The notes under the pieces: model-generated
Told to the model about the DNA's origin: nothing
What the model saw: only the letters and a program-made list of their open reading frames with translations
Databases searched by the model: none
In this document: in pieces, positions 1 to 10,137 of the stretch
How the letters are laid out: each line of letters opens with the position of its first letter
Position numbering within the stretch: position 1 is the first letter of the stretch
Source: Candidatus Marinacidobacterales bacterium
GTDB taxonomy: Bacteria; Acidobacteriota; Vicinamibacteria; Marinacidobacterales; DATDRI01
Assembly (NCBI GenBank): GCA_965226495.1
Contig: OZ245365.1
Coordinates: 5,529,783-5,593,782, forward strand
DNA: 64,000 bases
Direction of reading: 5' to 3'
Made by a program: the position numbers and the translations under genes

Positions 1-811
1 AACTGCCCAAGCGAACCCGAGCCGAGGTGCCGCGCGGCAAGACGCGCGGAATGTTGTCGGTGAGGCCGCCGCCTGTAATGTGGGCCATCGCCTTGACCAA
101 CCGCTTTTCGAGAAGCGGCTCTAACAAAGGAAGGTAGCACCGGTGTGGCGCGAGGAGGAGATCGGCGACCGAAGCACCTAATTCTTCCACGACGCTATCT
201 GGACTCAACGCTTCCTGGTCGAAGAGAATCTTCCGGGCCAGTGAGTATCCGTTGGTATGGAGACCGGTGGAGCCGAGTCCAATCAGCACGTCGCCGGGCA
301 CGACACTCGACCCATCGATGATGTTCTCTCGCTCCACGACACCGACGATGGTCCCCGCCAGATCGTACTCGCCATCCTGATAGAACCCGGGCATCTCGGC
401 CGTCTCGCCGCCCAGGAGCGACACCCCAAACTCCTCACAAGCCCGAGCGATTCCGGAAACCACCGCCTCTGCCACGTCGGGCACGAGCTTCCCCATCGCC
501 AAGTAGTCGAGGAAGAAGAGAGGGTGGGCCCCCTGCACAAGAATGTCGTTGATACAGTGGGAGACGAGATCGTAACCCACCGTGTCGTGACGGCCGGAGG
601 AGAAAGCGACTTTCAGCTTCGTCCCGACTCCGTCCGCGCTGGCGACCAAGACCGGCTCGCGGTACTTGCTGGTGTCCAGACGGAAGAGCCCCCCGAAGCT
701 TCCGATGTCTCCAAGGGTTCCAGGGGTGAAGGTCTTACGAGCCAGCCGGCGGATCTTCTCCATGGTTTTGGCCGCCGCATCGATATCGACTCCCGCCGAG
801 GAATAGTCCAA
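1..811 (-). CDS. purM: Phosphoribosylformylglycinamidine cyclo-ligase (AIR synthetase); C-terminus runs off the window start
   Basis: Minus-strand translation from about 811 reads LLDYSSAGVDIDAAAKTMEKIRRLARKTFTPGTLGDIGSFGGLFRLDTSKYREPVLVASADGVGTKLKVAF...CINDILVQGAHPLFFLDYLAMGKL...GGETAEMPGFYQDGEYDLAGTIVGVVE. This is colinear with E. coli PurM (SYKDAGVDIDAG, GTDGVGTKL, GGETAEMPG). An in-frame stop at 824-826 bounds the N-terminus. The start is TTG at 811 or ATG at 763. It is absent from the ORF track because no stop falls inside the window. Confidence 0.88.
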   Translation of the reverse strand, partial: MDYSSAGVDIDAAAKTMEKIRRLARKTFTPGTLGDIGSFGGLFRLDTSKYREPVLVASADGVGTKLKVAFSSGRHDTVGYDLVSHCINDILVQGAHPLFFLDYLAMGKLVPDVAEAVVSGIARACEEFGVSLLGGETAEMPGFYQDGEYDLAGTIVGVVERENIIDGSSVVPGDVLIGLGSTGLHTNGYSLARKILFDQEALSPDSVVEELGASVADLLLAPHRCYLPLLEPLLEKRLVKAMAHITGGGLTDNIPRVLPRGTSARVRLGS

Positions 812-836
812 TAGTTGCTTACCTTACCCTCACGCC

Positions 837-918
837 GACCCTCTCCCCAAGGGAGAGGGAGAAGATCAATTGCCCTCACCCCATCCCTCTCCCAGAGGGA
901 GAGGGAGAATTTTCAGGG
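837..918 (+). repeat. Two tandem GC-rich stem-loops, CTCTCCC-caa-GGGAGAG (841-857) and CCCTCTCCC-aga-GGGAGAGGG (885-905); the second is followed by AGAATTTTC
   Basis: Read directly from the sequence. Both are perfect inverted repeats with 3-nt loops in the divergent purM/996 intergenic region. On the + strand the second looks like an intrinsic terminator/attenuator (hairpin then U-run). Confidence 0.5.
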
Positions 919-995
919 CATTATGTCACCTTGACTCATCCCAAGAGAAGCTATAGGCTTCGCCTCCGTAGGGGAGCTTCATGGAGGTTGAGAAA

Positions 996-1619
996 ATGTC
1001 GAAGAGATCAATTCTGCTGAGCATGGCAGTCGCCGGCTTGGCTCTTTCCACGTCACTATTGCTAGCCCAGGACGCGAAGTTCAATGCATTCGATGGCGAA
1101 TCCGAACGCGGTAGCACCAGCATCGCCTATTTCAGCCAACCCTCGGAGGACGAATTCAATGCGGAGGGAGGGTTTGTCATCACGTACGGTCGGCCCGAGT
1201 GGAAGGCCGAGTATGACGCTCAGTTCGATGAACTGACCAAAGGAAAGCGGTGGCGCTTCGGGAGCAATTCCTGGACGACCTTGGATACGAACATCCCGCT
1301 CAAGATTGCGGGAGCCAAAGTCGGCCCGGGTTACTACTACCTCGTCCTCGAGCGCGGCCAGGGTGACGACTGGTCGCTGGTAATTCTCGACCCCAAACCG
1401 CTGCAGAAGAAAAAGATGGCTGCCTCTGGGGCGGAGGAGACTTCCGGGGGCATCAACGCTCCGTTGAAAGCGAGCATGACTGCGGAACCTGCCACAAGGC
1501 TCACGGTAAACTTAACCAAGAATGAAAACGACCTAACGAAGGCGTCGTTGGATATTCAATGGGGCAAGCGCAAGCTCTCCGCTCCGATCGACGTGGGAGT
1601 CGAAGTCCCGAGCTCCTAG
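996..1619 (+). CDS. Secreted hypothetical protein, DUF2911-like (recalled from memory)
   Basis: ATG at 996 lies 8 nt after GGAGG. Signal peptide MSKRSILLSMAVAGLALSTSLLLAQD. Conserved-looking core GRPEWKAEYDAQFDEL...RWRFGSNSWTTLDT...GPGYYYLV. High GC3 coding bias. Confidence 0.65.
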   Translation: MSKRSILLSMAVAGLALSTSLLLAQDAKFNAFDGESERGSTSIAYFSQPSEDEFNAEGGFVITYGRPEWKAEYDAQFDELTKGKRWRFGSNSWTTLDTNIPLKIAGAKVGPGYYYLVLERGQGDDWSLVILDPKPLQKKKMAASGAEETSGGINAPLKASMTAEPATRLTVNLTKNENDLTKASLDIQWGKRKLSAPIDVGVEVPSS

Positions 1620-1643
1620 ATACCGCTGTCCCCAGAGTGGCGT

Positions 1644-1682
1644 AGCCGCCCGGGTAGAGCGGCTGCGCCCTTTCTTCTTTCC
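1644..1682. terminator. Candidate bidirectional intrinsic terminator between convergent genes
   Basis: AGCCGC-ccgggtaga-GCGGCT stem-loop (1644-1664) followed by a T-rich tract (ccctttcttctttcc). It lies between the stop of the + gene (1619) and the stop of the - gene (1682). Confidence 0.4.
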
Positions 1683-2131
1683 TAGCTCTTCTTTCTCACG
1701 ATACGATCCAGCGAAAAGCGGCCCGCCCCCATCAAAACCAAGGCAACAAAGATCAGAAAATAGAGGAGCGCCTTCTCTGGATCTCGCCAGCCCTCGATGG
1801 TCTCCTCCGATGCTTGGTAGAGGCCGAGCCAGACGAGTACGTGCAGCTGAAATTGGTGACGTAAGGTCCCAGCGATCAACATGGTGAAAGCGGAAAAGGA
1901 CGCTGCCCAGCGAGTAAAGAGTCCGAACGCGACGAGAAGACCGCCCGCGAATTCCGCGAGCGCCGCCGCCCAGGCGAACACACCGGGCAGTGGAAACCCC
2001 AACCGAGCAACCCCCTCGATGAAGCCAGCAGCGTCTCCCGAAACAAGGGCCGCGATCTTTCCCCAACCATGCGCCAAAGCAAGTCCGACACCGGCCAAAC
2101 GCAACACCAACAAAGCCACGTCTTTCGTCAT
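1682..2131 (-). CDS. DoxX-family membrane protein
   Basis: 149-aa ORF with four predicted TM helices and DoxX-like hydrophobic pattern (LLRLAGVGLALAHGWGKI...GGLLVAFGLFTRWAA). Confidence 0.7.
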   Translation of the reverse strand: MTKDVALLVLRLAGVGLALAHGWGKIAALVSGDAAGFIEGVARLGFPLPGVFAWAAALAEFAGGLLVAFGLFTRWAASFSAFTMLIAGTLRHQFQLHVLVWLGLYQASEETIEGWRDPEKALLYFLIFVALVLMGAGRFSLDRIVRKKS

Positions 2132-2159
2132 CGTTTATTCCATCTCCCTAACACACCGG

Positions 2160-5100
2160 TCACCTTTGTGATGGCTTGGTTATGACTTCTTGGTGAATCT
2201 CTTGAAGGCTTCTTGGATCGAATCGACCTTGTTTCAGTGCTTCGATACCGGCGACGGTCGCGTTGGCGCCGGTGAGAGTCGTGATGCAGAGGATGCCATG
2301 CTGTATGGCCGTCATGCGAATCGCTTCTTCGTCATAGAAAGACTTTCTTCCGAGGGGCGTATTCACTATCAGGTCGACCTTGCCGCTGATCAGATGATCG
2401 ACGATATGCGGACGTCCTTCGTTTACTTTGAACACTCGCTCGGCGGATAGCCCGTTGGACTCGAGAAACGCCGCCGTCCCACGGCTGGCCACGAGGCGGA
2501 ACCCCAGTCGCGATAATCGTCGCGCCACCGACACTAGGCCCGTCTTATCATTATTGTTTACGGAGAGGAAAGCGGTTCCAGACGTCGGCACCTTGTGGCC
2601 GGCCGCTATTTGCGCCTTCGCAAAGGCGCATCCGAAATCATAGGAGATACCCATGACCTCACCGGTCGACTTCATTTCGGGTCCGAGAAGGGTATCGACC
2701 CCGGGAAATTTCACGAAGGGAAACACTGGAACTTTGATGGAGACTTGCGGGACCGGGAGCTCTGGGGGTAGCCCCAGGGAAGCCACCGATTCACCCAACA
2801 TGACCCGAATCGCCGCCTCAACGAGGGAAACACCGGTCGCCTTGCTTACGAACGGAACGGTTCGAGACGCTCTCGGGTTGGCCTCGAGCACGTAGACTGT
2901 CCCATCTTTAATCGCGTACTGGACGTTGATGAGTCCCTTCACTTGGAGCGCTCGCGCTATCTCTCGCGTATAGTTTCGGATCGTGTCGAGATGCGCCGGC
3001 TCTACCAGATAGGGAGGTAGGACGCTCGAGCTATCCCCAGAATGAATCCCCGCTTCCTCGATATGCTCCATGATCCCGCCGATCACAACGTCCACCCCAT
3101 CGGACAAAGCGTCGACATCGACCTCGAACGCATCCTCCAGAAAGCGGTCGATGTAGACCGGATGAGAAGGTGAAGCCGCAACGGCATGGCTCATATATCC
3201 CCCGAGGTATTCACGGTCGTAAGCGATAGCCATCGCACGACCGCCCAACACGTAAGACGGGCGCACCAAGATGGGGTAGCCGATGGCCGACGCCGCCTCG
3301 AGGGCCTCCGCGATCGAGCTGGCCGTGGCGCTCTCGGGTTGTGGAATTCCTAGCTTGGCTAGGAGCGACGAAAACCGCTGGCGGTCCTCTGCGATGTCGA
3401 TGCTGTCCGGCGAAGTACCAAGGATGGATACTCCCGCAGCTTCCAGCGCACGCGACAGCTTGAGCGGCGTCTGTCCCCCCAATTGCACGATGGCCGCTTC
3501 GGGCCGTTCGGCGTCCACGATGTGAAGGACATCCTCCAAAGTGAGCGGCTCGAAGTAGAGTCGATCCGAGGTGTCGTAGTCCGTCGAGACCGTCTCCGGG
3601 TTGCAGTTGACCATGATGGACTCTATTCCTCGGTCCCGAAGCGCGTAAGCCGCCTGACAGCAACAGTAGTCGAACTCGATGCCTTGCCCGATTCGATTGG
3701 GGCCACTCCCCAAGATCACTAGCTTGCGCCGATCGCTCGGCTCCACTTCGCTCTCCGATTGGTATGTGGAGTAGAGGTACGGCGTGTGGGAAGCGAACTC
3801 CGCAGCGCAGGTGTCGACCCGCTTGAAAACCGGCACGATGTGCTGCCTTGTTCTCTCTTGTCGGATCGACTCCTCGCTGGTGTTGGTCAGAACTGAAATT
3901 TGTCGGTCTGAGAAACCACAGGCCTTCGCCTCGGCGAGAAGCCCATCGAAACCCTCCGAAACAAGCCGGTCCTTGAGCTCAACGATGATACGGAGCTGTT
4001 CTAGAAACCACGGGTCGACTTTGCTGAGTCGGTGAATCTCCTCAATCGAAAACCCTTGCGACAGAGCGCCAATCAACTGCGCCAGCCGATCCGGCGTCGG
4101 TACCGGAAGGAGTTGTCGGAGCTTGCTAGGATCCACCGGCTCGGCGTTCAAGACACTGGTCCCTTCGTCGTTCCGCTCGAGCGAACGGAGCGCCTTCAAT
4201 AGCGCCTCTCGAAAGTTGGACCCGAGGGCCATGACTTCCCCGACCGATTTCATTTGCGTCCCCAGCGTCGGGTCAGCCTTGGGAAATTTCTTGAAGTTCC
4301 ACCGTGGCATCTTGACCACCACGTAATCGATGGTGGGCTCGAAGCTTGCGGGAGTGGTGCGGGTGATGTCGTTCTCGATCTCGTCCAAACGATAGCCGAT
4401 CGCAACCTTCGCGGCGATCTTGGCGATCGGGAAGCCGGTCGCCTTGGAGGCCAAGGCCGAGCTGCGAGAGACACGCGGGTTCATCTCGATGATCACCATG
4501 CGCCCCGTCGAAGGCTCGACGGCGAACTGGATGTTGCTGCCCCCCGTCTCCACGCCAACCGCATCGATGACACGACGAGCTTGATCGCGCATCTGCTGGT
4601 ATTCCACATCGGTCAACGTTTGCGCTGGCGCAACAGTGATGGAGTCCCCGGTATGAACCCCCATCGGATCGAGGTTTTCGATCGAACAGATAACGGTAAA
4701 GTTCGAAGCGCCGTCCCGCATTACTTCGAGCTCGAACTCTTTCCAGCCCAACAGGGACTCTTCAATCAGTACACGCCCTACCGGCGAGAGGAAGAGCCCG
4801 CGTCGCATCAGCTCAATGAACTCGTCCAAGTTGTAAGCAATGCCTCCGCCCGCCCCACCCAAGGTGAAGGACGGCCGTATGATCGCGGGGTAACCTATCT
4901 CTTCGACGAGCGCGACGGCTTCTTCGACGCTCCCTGCATCACCGCTCTCCGGAACGTCGAGACCCGCCTCGGTCATCGCTTGCTTGAATAGTTGTCGATC
5001 TTCGGCGAGTTTCACCGCTTCGAGATTGGCACCGATGAGGCGGACACCGTAGCGATCGAGCACACCCGAATCGGCGAGCTCCACGGCAAGATTGAGTCCG

Positions 5101-5381
5101 GTCTGCCCACCGACGGTCGGAAGGAGCGCATCGGGCCGTTCCCGTTCGATGATGGGTTCGACAAACTTGCCGTTTAGAGGCTCGATATAGGTGCGGTCGG
5201 CGAGCCCCGGATCGGTCATGATCGTCGCCGGGTTCGAGTTCACGAGGATGACCCGAACCCCTTCGCTACGCAACACCTTCACTGCCTGCGTCCCCGCGTA
5301 GTCGAACTCGGCGGCTTGACCGATGACGATCGGGCCCGAGCCCACCACCAAAACGCTTCCGATACTCTTGTCTCGGGGCAT
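2160..5381 (-). CDS. carB: Carbamoyl-phosphate synthase large subunit
   Basis: 1073 aa. Two ATP-grasp halves, N-terminal [25 protein letters not shown], and an MGS-like C-terminus. Unambiguous CarB homology by eye. Confidence 0.97.
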   Translation of the reverse strand: MPRDKSIGSVLVVGSGPIVIGQAAEFDYAGTQAVKVLRSEGVRVILVNSNPATIMTDPGLADRTYIEPLNGKFVEPIIERERPDALLPTVGGQTGLNLAVELADSGVLDRYGVRLIGANLEAVKLAEDRQLFKQAMTEAGLDVPESGDAGSVEEAVALVEEIGYPAIIRPSFTLGGAGGGIAYNLDEFIELMRRGLFLSPVGRVLIEESLLGWKEFELEVMRDGASNFTVICSIENLDPMGVHTGDSITVAPAQTLTDVEYQQMRDQARRVIDAVGVETGGSNIQFAVEPSTGRMVIIEMNPRVSRSSALASKATGFPIAKIAAKVAIGYRLDEIENDITRTTPASFEPTIDYVVVKMPRWNFKKFPKADPTLGTQMKSVGEVMALGSNFREALLKALRSLERNDEGTSVLNAEPVDPSKLRQLLPVPTPDRLAQLIGALSQGFSIEEIHRLSKVDPWFLEQLRIIVELKDRLVSEGFDGLLAEAKACGFSDRQISVLTNTSEESIRQERTRQHIVPVFKRVDTCAAEFASHTPYLYSTYQSESEVEPSDRRKLVILGSGPNRIGQGIEFDYCCCQAAYALRDRGIESIMVNCNPETVSTDYDTSDRLYFEPLTLEDVLHIVDAERPEAAIVQLGGQTPLKLSRALEAAGVSILGTSPDSIDIAEDRQRFSSLLAKLGIPQPESATASSIAEALEAASAIGYPILVRPSYVLGGRAMAIAYDREYLGGYMSHAVAASPSHPVYIDRFLEDAFEVDVDALSDGVDVVIGGIMEHIEEAGIHSGDSSSVLPPYLVEPAHLDTIRNYTREIARALQVKGLINVQYAIKDGTVYVLEANPRASRTVPFVSKATGVSLVEAAIRVMLGESVASLGLPPELPVPQVSIKVPVFPFVKFPGVDTLLGPEMKSTGEVMGISYDFGCAFAKAQIAAGHKVPTSGTAFLSVNNNDKTGLVSVARRLSRLGFRLVASRGTAAFLESNGLSAERVFKVNEGRPHIVDHLISGKVDLIVNTPLGRKSFYDEEAIRMTAIQHGILCITTLTGANATVAGIEALKQGRFDPRSLQEIHQEVITKPSQR

Positions 5382-5383
5382 AC

Positions 5384-6472
5384 TCAGCCTCTCCGATCCT
5401 CGAGCATCTTCAAGAAGTCTTCGAAAAGATAATGCGCGTCGTGTGGGCCTGGTGAAGCTTCGGGATGATATTGAACACTCATCGTCGGGGCGTTTTTGAG
5501 GCGAAAGCCCTCCAGTGTGCCGTCATTCAAGTTGAAGTGAGTGAGTTCCACAGAAAGACCCCGTAACGAATCCTCCTCCACGGCGAATCCGTGGTTTTGC
5601 GAAGTGATCTCCACCGCACCGTCGGAAGCCCGCTTCACCGGATGGTTCGCCCCGTGATGGCCGAACGGTAGCTTGAAGGTTTTGCCGCCGACCGCAAGGC
5701 CAAGCACTTGGTGTCCGAGGCAGATTCCGAAGACCGGTAAGCGTTCCACGAGCTCTTTGGCGGCTTCGACAGCGTACGTGAGCGGCTCCGGATCGCCGGG
5801 CCCGTTGGAGAAGAAGATGCCGTCGGGCTCGAGAGATAACGCGTCGCGTGCCGGGGTCTGGGCAGGTACGACCGTGGTGCGAATGCCGCAAGCGGCGAGA
5901 CTTCGGAGAATTCCTCGCTTCATCCCCAGATCGTAGGCCACCACGTGGAATCGTTCTTGCGCAGTAGCCGGCCAAAAATATGGCTCGCGGCAGGTCACAA
6001 CCTTCACTAAATCCGCGCCGATCATCTCCGGGATACTGCGAGCCTTCTCCGCATGCTCTCGGACAGGAGCCTCGGTCGTCGTCAGGACCGCACGCATCGC
6101 CCCCTTCGAGCGAATGTGCCGCGTCAGGGCGCGGGTATCGATACCGCAAATGGCAGGAATACCGTGTTCGGTCAGGTAACTCCCCAGCGTGCCCTCGGCA
6201 CGGTGATTGCTCGCCACCGGGGAAGGCTCACGTACAACGAGGGCTGAGACTTGCGGACGGTCGGACTCGACGTCCTCGGAATTGACCCCGTAGTTGCCTA
6301 TGTGCGGATAGGTAAGGGTGACGATCTGCCCGCAGTAGGAGGGATCGGTGAGGATTTCTTGATAACCAGTCAGTGCCGTATTGAAAACGATTTCGCCCGT
6401 AGCGTCACAGGCAGCACCAAAGGACCGACCCTCGAATGAGTGCCCATCCTCCAGTACTAAGTATGCTTTCAC
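5384..6472 (-). CDS. carA: Carbamoyl-phosphate synthase small subunit (glutamine amidotransferase)
   Basis: [20 protein letters not shown]... then a GATase domain. Stop is 2 nt upstream of the carB start. I prefer the GTG at 6472 (gives the conserved MKA-LVLEDG N-terminus). The track ORF extends to the ATG at 6559 with a non-conserved MAPARIANAP... extension. Confidence 0.9.
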   Translation of the reverse strand: MKAYLVLEDGHSFEGRSFGAACDATGEIVFNTALTGYQEILTDPSYCGQIVTLTYPHIGNYGVNSEDVESDRPQVSALVVREPSPVASNHRAEGTLGSYLTEHGIPAICGIDTRALTRHIRSKGAMRAVLTTTEAPVREHAEKARSIPEMIGADLVKVVTCREPYFWPATAQERFHVVAYDLGMKRGILRSLAACGIRTTVVPAQTPARDALSLEPDGIFFSNGPGDPEPLTYAVEAAKELVERLPVFGICLGHQVLGLAVGGKTFKLPFGHHGANHPVKRASDGAVEITSQNHGFAVEEDSLRGLSVELTHFNLNDGTLEGFRLKNAPTMSVQYHPEASPGPHDAHYLFEDFLKMLEDRRG

Positions 6473-6670
6473 CCTAAGAGAGACCCTGGGGATTCTAGAC
6501 CATCCTGGCCGAAATGCAAAAAGCAAAATGGGCGCATTCGCGATCCTGGCTGGCGCCAAAATGTGCCGTCGCCCTACCGACTTGGCCGGGCGCCCATTAG
6601 CCAGCGTGGTAACATGACTCCCGCGAGCGCGGCGAGACCAACATCTTCATCGCCGACTGGAGCCCTTGAG

Positions 6671-7783
6671 ATGACCCGCGAAGCGCCCGATGTCGTCATC
6701 ATAGGAGGCGGCGTCATCGGTTCGGCGATCGCGCTCCGCCTGGCCCAGGAAAAACTCCGCGTCACGGTACTGGATCAATCGGAGCCTGGCCGGAAGGCCT
6801 CAGGGGTCGCGGCGGGAATTCTGTCCACGCAAGCGGAGTCCAACGGCCCGACCCCCTTCTTCCAGCTCGCGCACGCGAGTCGAGCGCTCTATCCATCCTT
6901 TGCCGAAGAGCTCCGGGAAACGACGGGCATGGACGTGGAGCTTCGACTGGACGGCGTGGTCTCGGTGGCGGAGAACGAAACCGAGGACGAGGAACTTGCC
7001 GCTCGGTTCCAGTGGCAGAGCGGGGCAGGGCTCGCGGTGGAAAGACTGTCGGCCAAAGAGCTAACCCAGCTCGAACCGTCACTTCGCCCGGGCCTACGGG
7101 GAGGCATCTTTTTTCCGAACGACGGTCATGTCGTGGGTCCACGGGTTACCGAGGCCGTGATCCGAGCCGCCGCTAGCTCCGGCGTACGTTTCGAGTCCGG
7201 AAACCCTGCTCGGCGGATTCTGCACGAAAACGGTAGAGTGACCGGTGTGGAAACGGCGAACGGCTTCGTAGCCTGCGCCCAAGCCGTTAATGCCGCGGGG
7301 GCGTGGTCGGGTTTCGATTCGACGCTGCCGTTTGCGGTTCCGATTCGCCCTGCCCGGGGGGACATCGTGGCTCTCAGGGGACAGCCGGTACCGCGGCATG
7401 TGGTCTACTCACACGAACTTTATGTCGTGCCCCGACTCGACGGTCGTATCCTATTGGGAGCAACGATGGAGTTCGCCGGCTTCGATAGCACTGTCAAGGC
7501 AGCCGGTGTCCAGAAGCTCATGACGAGGTGCTTCGGGCTTCTTCCTTATCTAGAAGGTGCGGAGTTCGATTCCGCCTGGGCGGGACTTCGACCTTGCGCG
7601 CCCGACCAATTACCCATCCTCGGCACCACTCCCATCGAGGGACTCCACGTGGCGACCGGTCATTGCCGGAACGGCATTCTGTTAGCTCCCGTTACGGCTC
7701 GAATCGCGGCCGATATCATCGCCCATGGGACGTCGGAGCTCGACGTTTCTCCGTTTTCCGTCTCTCGATTCGAAAACGCGTGA
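6671..7783 (+). CDS. thiO: FAD-dependent glycine oxidase-like oxidoreductase (ThiO/DAO family)
   Basis: MTREAPDVVIIGGGVIGSAIALRLA (GxGxxG) and DAO-family features. Start chosen at ATG 6671; the alternative ATG 6614 and the track start 6563 add a non-conserved leader. Confidence 0.72.
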   Translation: MTREAPDVVIIGGGVIGSAIALRLAQEKLRVTVLDQSEPGRKASGVAAGILSTQAESNGPTPFFQLAHASRALYPSFAEELRETTGMDVELRLDGVVSVAENETEDEELAARFQWQSGAGLAVERLSAKELTQLEPSLRPGLRGGIFFPNDGHVVGPRVTEAVIRAAASSGVRFESGNPARRILHENGRVTGVETANGFVACAQAVNAAGAWSGFDSTLPFAVPIRPARGDIVALRGQPVPRHVVYSHELYVVPRLDGRILLGATMEFAGFDSTVKAAGVQKLMTRCFGLLPYLEGAEFDSAWAGLRPCAPDQLPILGTTPIEGLHVATGHCRNGILLAPVTARIAADIIAHGTSELDVSPFSVSRFENA

Positions 7784-8466
7784 GCTCTTTCTACCCACCT
7801 CTAGAACCGACTCCCGCAACACCCACAAGAATCGTCCGGGAAACTCACCTCTCGGGAAAACCGGCGGCCGCTAGTGGTTGGATCGCGCTGGCGAGTGTCG
7901 GCGCGCTGTTCTTGGTCTCCGCGATCTATTGGACGGATTTTCTCGGGCTCACTTCACAGCTCGCCGCAACGCCGGAAATGGTCTTCGACCGCAACGAGTA
8001 CTGGCGACTCCTCACCGCCATCGGCACGCATGCGAACTTTCAGCACTTGCTGAGTAATGCCCTCGTTTTCGGAATCTTGAGCTACCTGCTCTACGGCTAT
8101 TTTGGTCCCGTCGCTTATCCGGTGCTCGCAATAGCGGGAGGTGTCGCGGTCATGGCCGTGTCCTTGTCGACGTATCCACCGATGACGATCCTGGTGGGCG
8201 CTTCGGGAGTCACGTATCTGATGGCGGGTTTTTGGCTCACGCTGTATCTTTTCGTCGAGCGACGGTTTTCGCCTGTGAAAAGACTTCTGCGCTCGATAGG
8301 ATTCAGCCTCATCGTATTGATGCCAACGGTATTCGAGCCGACGGTGAGCTACCGCACGCACTTGTTCGGTTTTGCAGTCGGTATGGTGCTCGGGCTGGGT
8401 TATTTCCAGTTCAATAAGGTAAGCCTGCGACGTGCCGAGCGCGTCGAGGTCGATCTCGACGACTAG
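7780..8466 (+). CDS. Rhomboid-family intramembrane serine protease
   Basis: EYWRLLTAIGTHANFQHLLSNALVF, GASGVTYLMAG (GxSG catalytic Ser) and HLFGFAVG (catalytic His), with six TM helices. GTG start at 7780 overlaps the thiO stop (gcGTGAgc). The track N-terminal extension overlaps thiO in another frame and is Arg/Ser-rich. Confidence 0.7.
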   Translation: MSSFYPPLEPTPATPTRIVRETHLSGKPAAASGWIALASVGALFLVSAIYWTDFLGLTSQLAATPEMVFDRNEYWRLLTAIGTHANFQHLLSNALVFGILSYLLYGYFGPVAYPVLAIAGGVAVMAVSLSTYPPMTILVGASGVTYLMAGFWLTLYLFVERRFSPVKRLLRSIGFSLIVLMPTVFEPTVSYRTHLFGFAVGMVLGLGYFQFNKVSLRRAERVEVDLDD

Positions 8467-8506
8467 TAGAGCCGTCAGCTGTCCCGCAGCCGCTCGTCGG
8501 CGAAGG

Positions 8507-8535
8507 GACAAGCCGTGGGGGTGGGGCCCCGCGGC
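8507..8535. repeat. Copy 1 of the dispersed GC-rich motif cGTGGGGGTGGGGCCCCGCGgcac
   Basis: Near-identical to the reverse complement of 49813-49845 and similar to 49899-49930 and 60448-60470. It sits in a convergent intergenic region (rhomboid stop 8466, hypothetical stop 8540). Confidence 0.6.
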
Positions 8536-8539
8536 ACTA

Positions 8540-9160
8540 CTAGAAGTAGAACCGGAGCTCGTTCTCGCGGACGCTTCGTAACGAAGTGGACAGCTGCTCC
8601 AGCAGTGCCACCGCCTGGCTGCGATACATATCGATCCTCTCCATCCGTCGCTGATCCTTCGGGTCACCACTCTCGAGGTACGACTGGCGTAACTCAGCCA
8701 ACCGCCCCTCCGCTTCTTCCAAACTCAATGCAACGGAGATGAAGACCATGAGGTCGAGCTGACGTCGACTGAAGCCTCGACTCTGCCAAACCAGATCTTC
8801 GCGTAAGAGCGCTTGCTGTACCCGCAGGCTGCGTTCGGGATCGAACCCCTCGGCCACTTTCTGTAAGTATGCGGTCGCCGATCGAGTCAGCCGAGGCACG
8901 AGGCCATGCGCCTGCTCGAGAAAGGGACACGGGTCGACTTGGCTCGCCAAAGGTTCCTGAAGGCCGCACCGCCACGCCGTGGTCGGAAGATCCGGGGTAT
9001 CTTCGCTACCCGGACTCCCTGGGGTCGAAGTACCACGCGCTCGTACAGATGTAGGCACAATCCCACACCAGATGAAGGAGACTAAGGCCAGCATCGCCGC
9101 GCCCCTGGCTATGCCGGGGACAGCTAACCTTTTGTCTTTTAATGGGTTGACCTTCATCAC
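8540..9160 (-). CDS. Hypothetical protein with N-terminal signal/TM segment
   Basis: 206-aa ORF. Strong RBS (GAGGAGG) 8 nt before the ATG. Hydrophobic segment AAMLALVSFIWCGIV. No recognisable domain. Confidence 0.45.
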   Translation of the reverse strand: MMKVNPLKDKRLAVPGIARGAAMLALVSFIWCGIVPTSVRARGTSTPGSPGSEDTPDLPTTAWRCGLQEPLASQVDPCPFLEQAHGLVPRLTRSATAYLQKVAEGFDPERSLRVQQALLREDLVWQSRGFSRRQLDLMVFISVALSLEEAEGRLAELRQSYLESGDPKDQRRMERIDMYRSQAVALLEQLSTSLRSVRENELRFYF

Positions 9161-9312
9161 CCCACCTCCTCAGGTTGTGTCGGGAACGTCCTTGTACGTC
9201 TTTACTAATGTACATAGGCAAATTGGATGCCAGGAATGGGGGAAAATGAGCCGACGGGGGGACGTCCAAACTAGGGTTGTGCCAAGGGGTCGACGTGCGC
9301 AGGACGGCGGAC

Positions 9313-10125
9313 TTAGCTTCGACGAGTTCCCTCGCCGCCATAGGCAAGGGCCATGGCGCGCTCGGTCACCTTGGCGTAAAGACGCCCGAGGGCACCGCGG
9401 ATCTCCGGGTGTGCCTTCCAAAACGGAGGAACCCCAAGCCGTTTGAGAAGCGAGACAGACACTGCCGGAGGACCCACCGACACCGCGAAGGTCTTCAGCG
9501 AGTCACCGGCCTGCCAGAATTGGTCGATGGACTCACGTAGCGAAGGCGCGTTTTCGCGCACCCCGGTACGCCCCGAAGCTTCGGCGGCGCGGCGGCCGCG
9601 GAGTGCCTTGAGGATTTTCTCTCGATCCCGGCCGCGAAGACGGAAGAGCAAGAAAGGATCTTGATCCAATTGCTCTGCTAGAGCGTAGTGCACCGCCGCG
9701 ATGTGTTTGCATGGATTCGCGGCATCCGGGCAGGAGCACTCGGTCACCAGATCGCCCTGAGAAGTGGGGAACAAGGACAGTCCCGCGCTTTGAAATGCGT
9801 CCTCGATATTCTGTGGCATCTCGCCAGCAAGGAGCTTGGCGGCGAACAAAGCTTGAGAGGTAAGAGTTTCCAGGGCTTTTTCCCATTGGGCGCGGGTAAG
9901 TGATTTCACCCGGAACGTCACTCGATAGGGATCGTAGCGAGATCCTTGGATGTCTGCTTCGATTCGCCCGGGTTCGATCTCGAGCCGCAGCACACGACCG
10001 GAAGCCGCGTAGCGCCGCCCTCTCTCTAGTCGGTTGGCCAGGCCGAGAAGCTCGAGGACGGCGATCCAACGCTGTGCCCACCATCGCTCTGCGAAATCGT
10101 CTCGTGTCCTGTGCTCGGAAGTCAT
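9313..10125 (-). CDS. SWIM zinc-finger protein (SNF2-associated)
   Basis: CSCPDAANPCKHIAAVHYAL is the CxC...CxH SWIM signature. It lies immediately downstream of, and 12 nt from, the SNF2 helicase gene on the same strand. Confidence 0.8.
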   Translation of the reverse strand: MTSEHRTRDDFAERWWAQRWIAVLELLGLANRLERGRRYAASGRVLRLEIEPGRIEADIQGSRYDPYRVTFRVKSLTRAQWEKALETLTSQALFAAKLLAGEMPQNIEDAFQSAGLSLFPTSQGDLVTECSCPDAANPCKHIAAVHYALAEQLDQDPFLLFRLRGRDREKILKALRGRRAAEASGRTGVRENAPSLRESIDQFWQAGDSLKTFAVSVGPPAVSVSLLKRLGVPPFWKAHPEIRGALGRLYAKVTERAMALAYGGEGTRRS

Positions 10126-10137
10126 CGTCTCATCCCA

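Noticed and set aside
257-814. 185-aa + strand ORF at the window start
   Set aside because: It is the antisense shadow of purM, whose minus-strand translation matches AIR synthetase end to end. The + frame product is Arg/Gly/His-rich with no homology.
5384-6559. Extended carA ORF starting at ATG 6559 (MAPARIANAP...)
   Set aside because: The extra 29 residues are not CarA-like. The conserved N-terminus begins at the GTG at 6472. I kept the shorter call but the longer one cannot be excluded.
7528-7779. N-terminal 84-codon extension of the rhomboid ORF
   Set aside because: It overlaps thiO in another frame, is Arg/Ser-rich and lacks TM helices. The GTG at 7780 gives a normal rhomboid.
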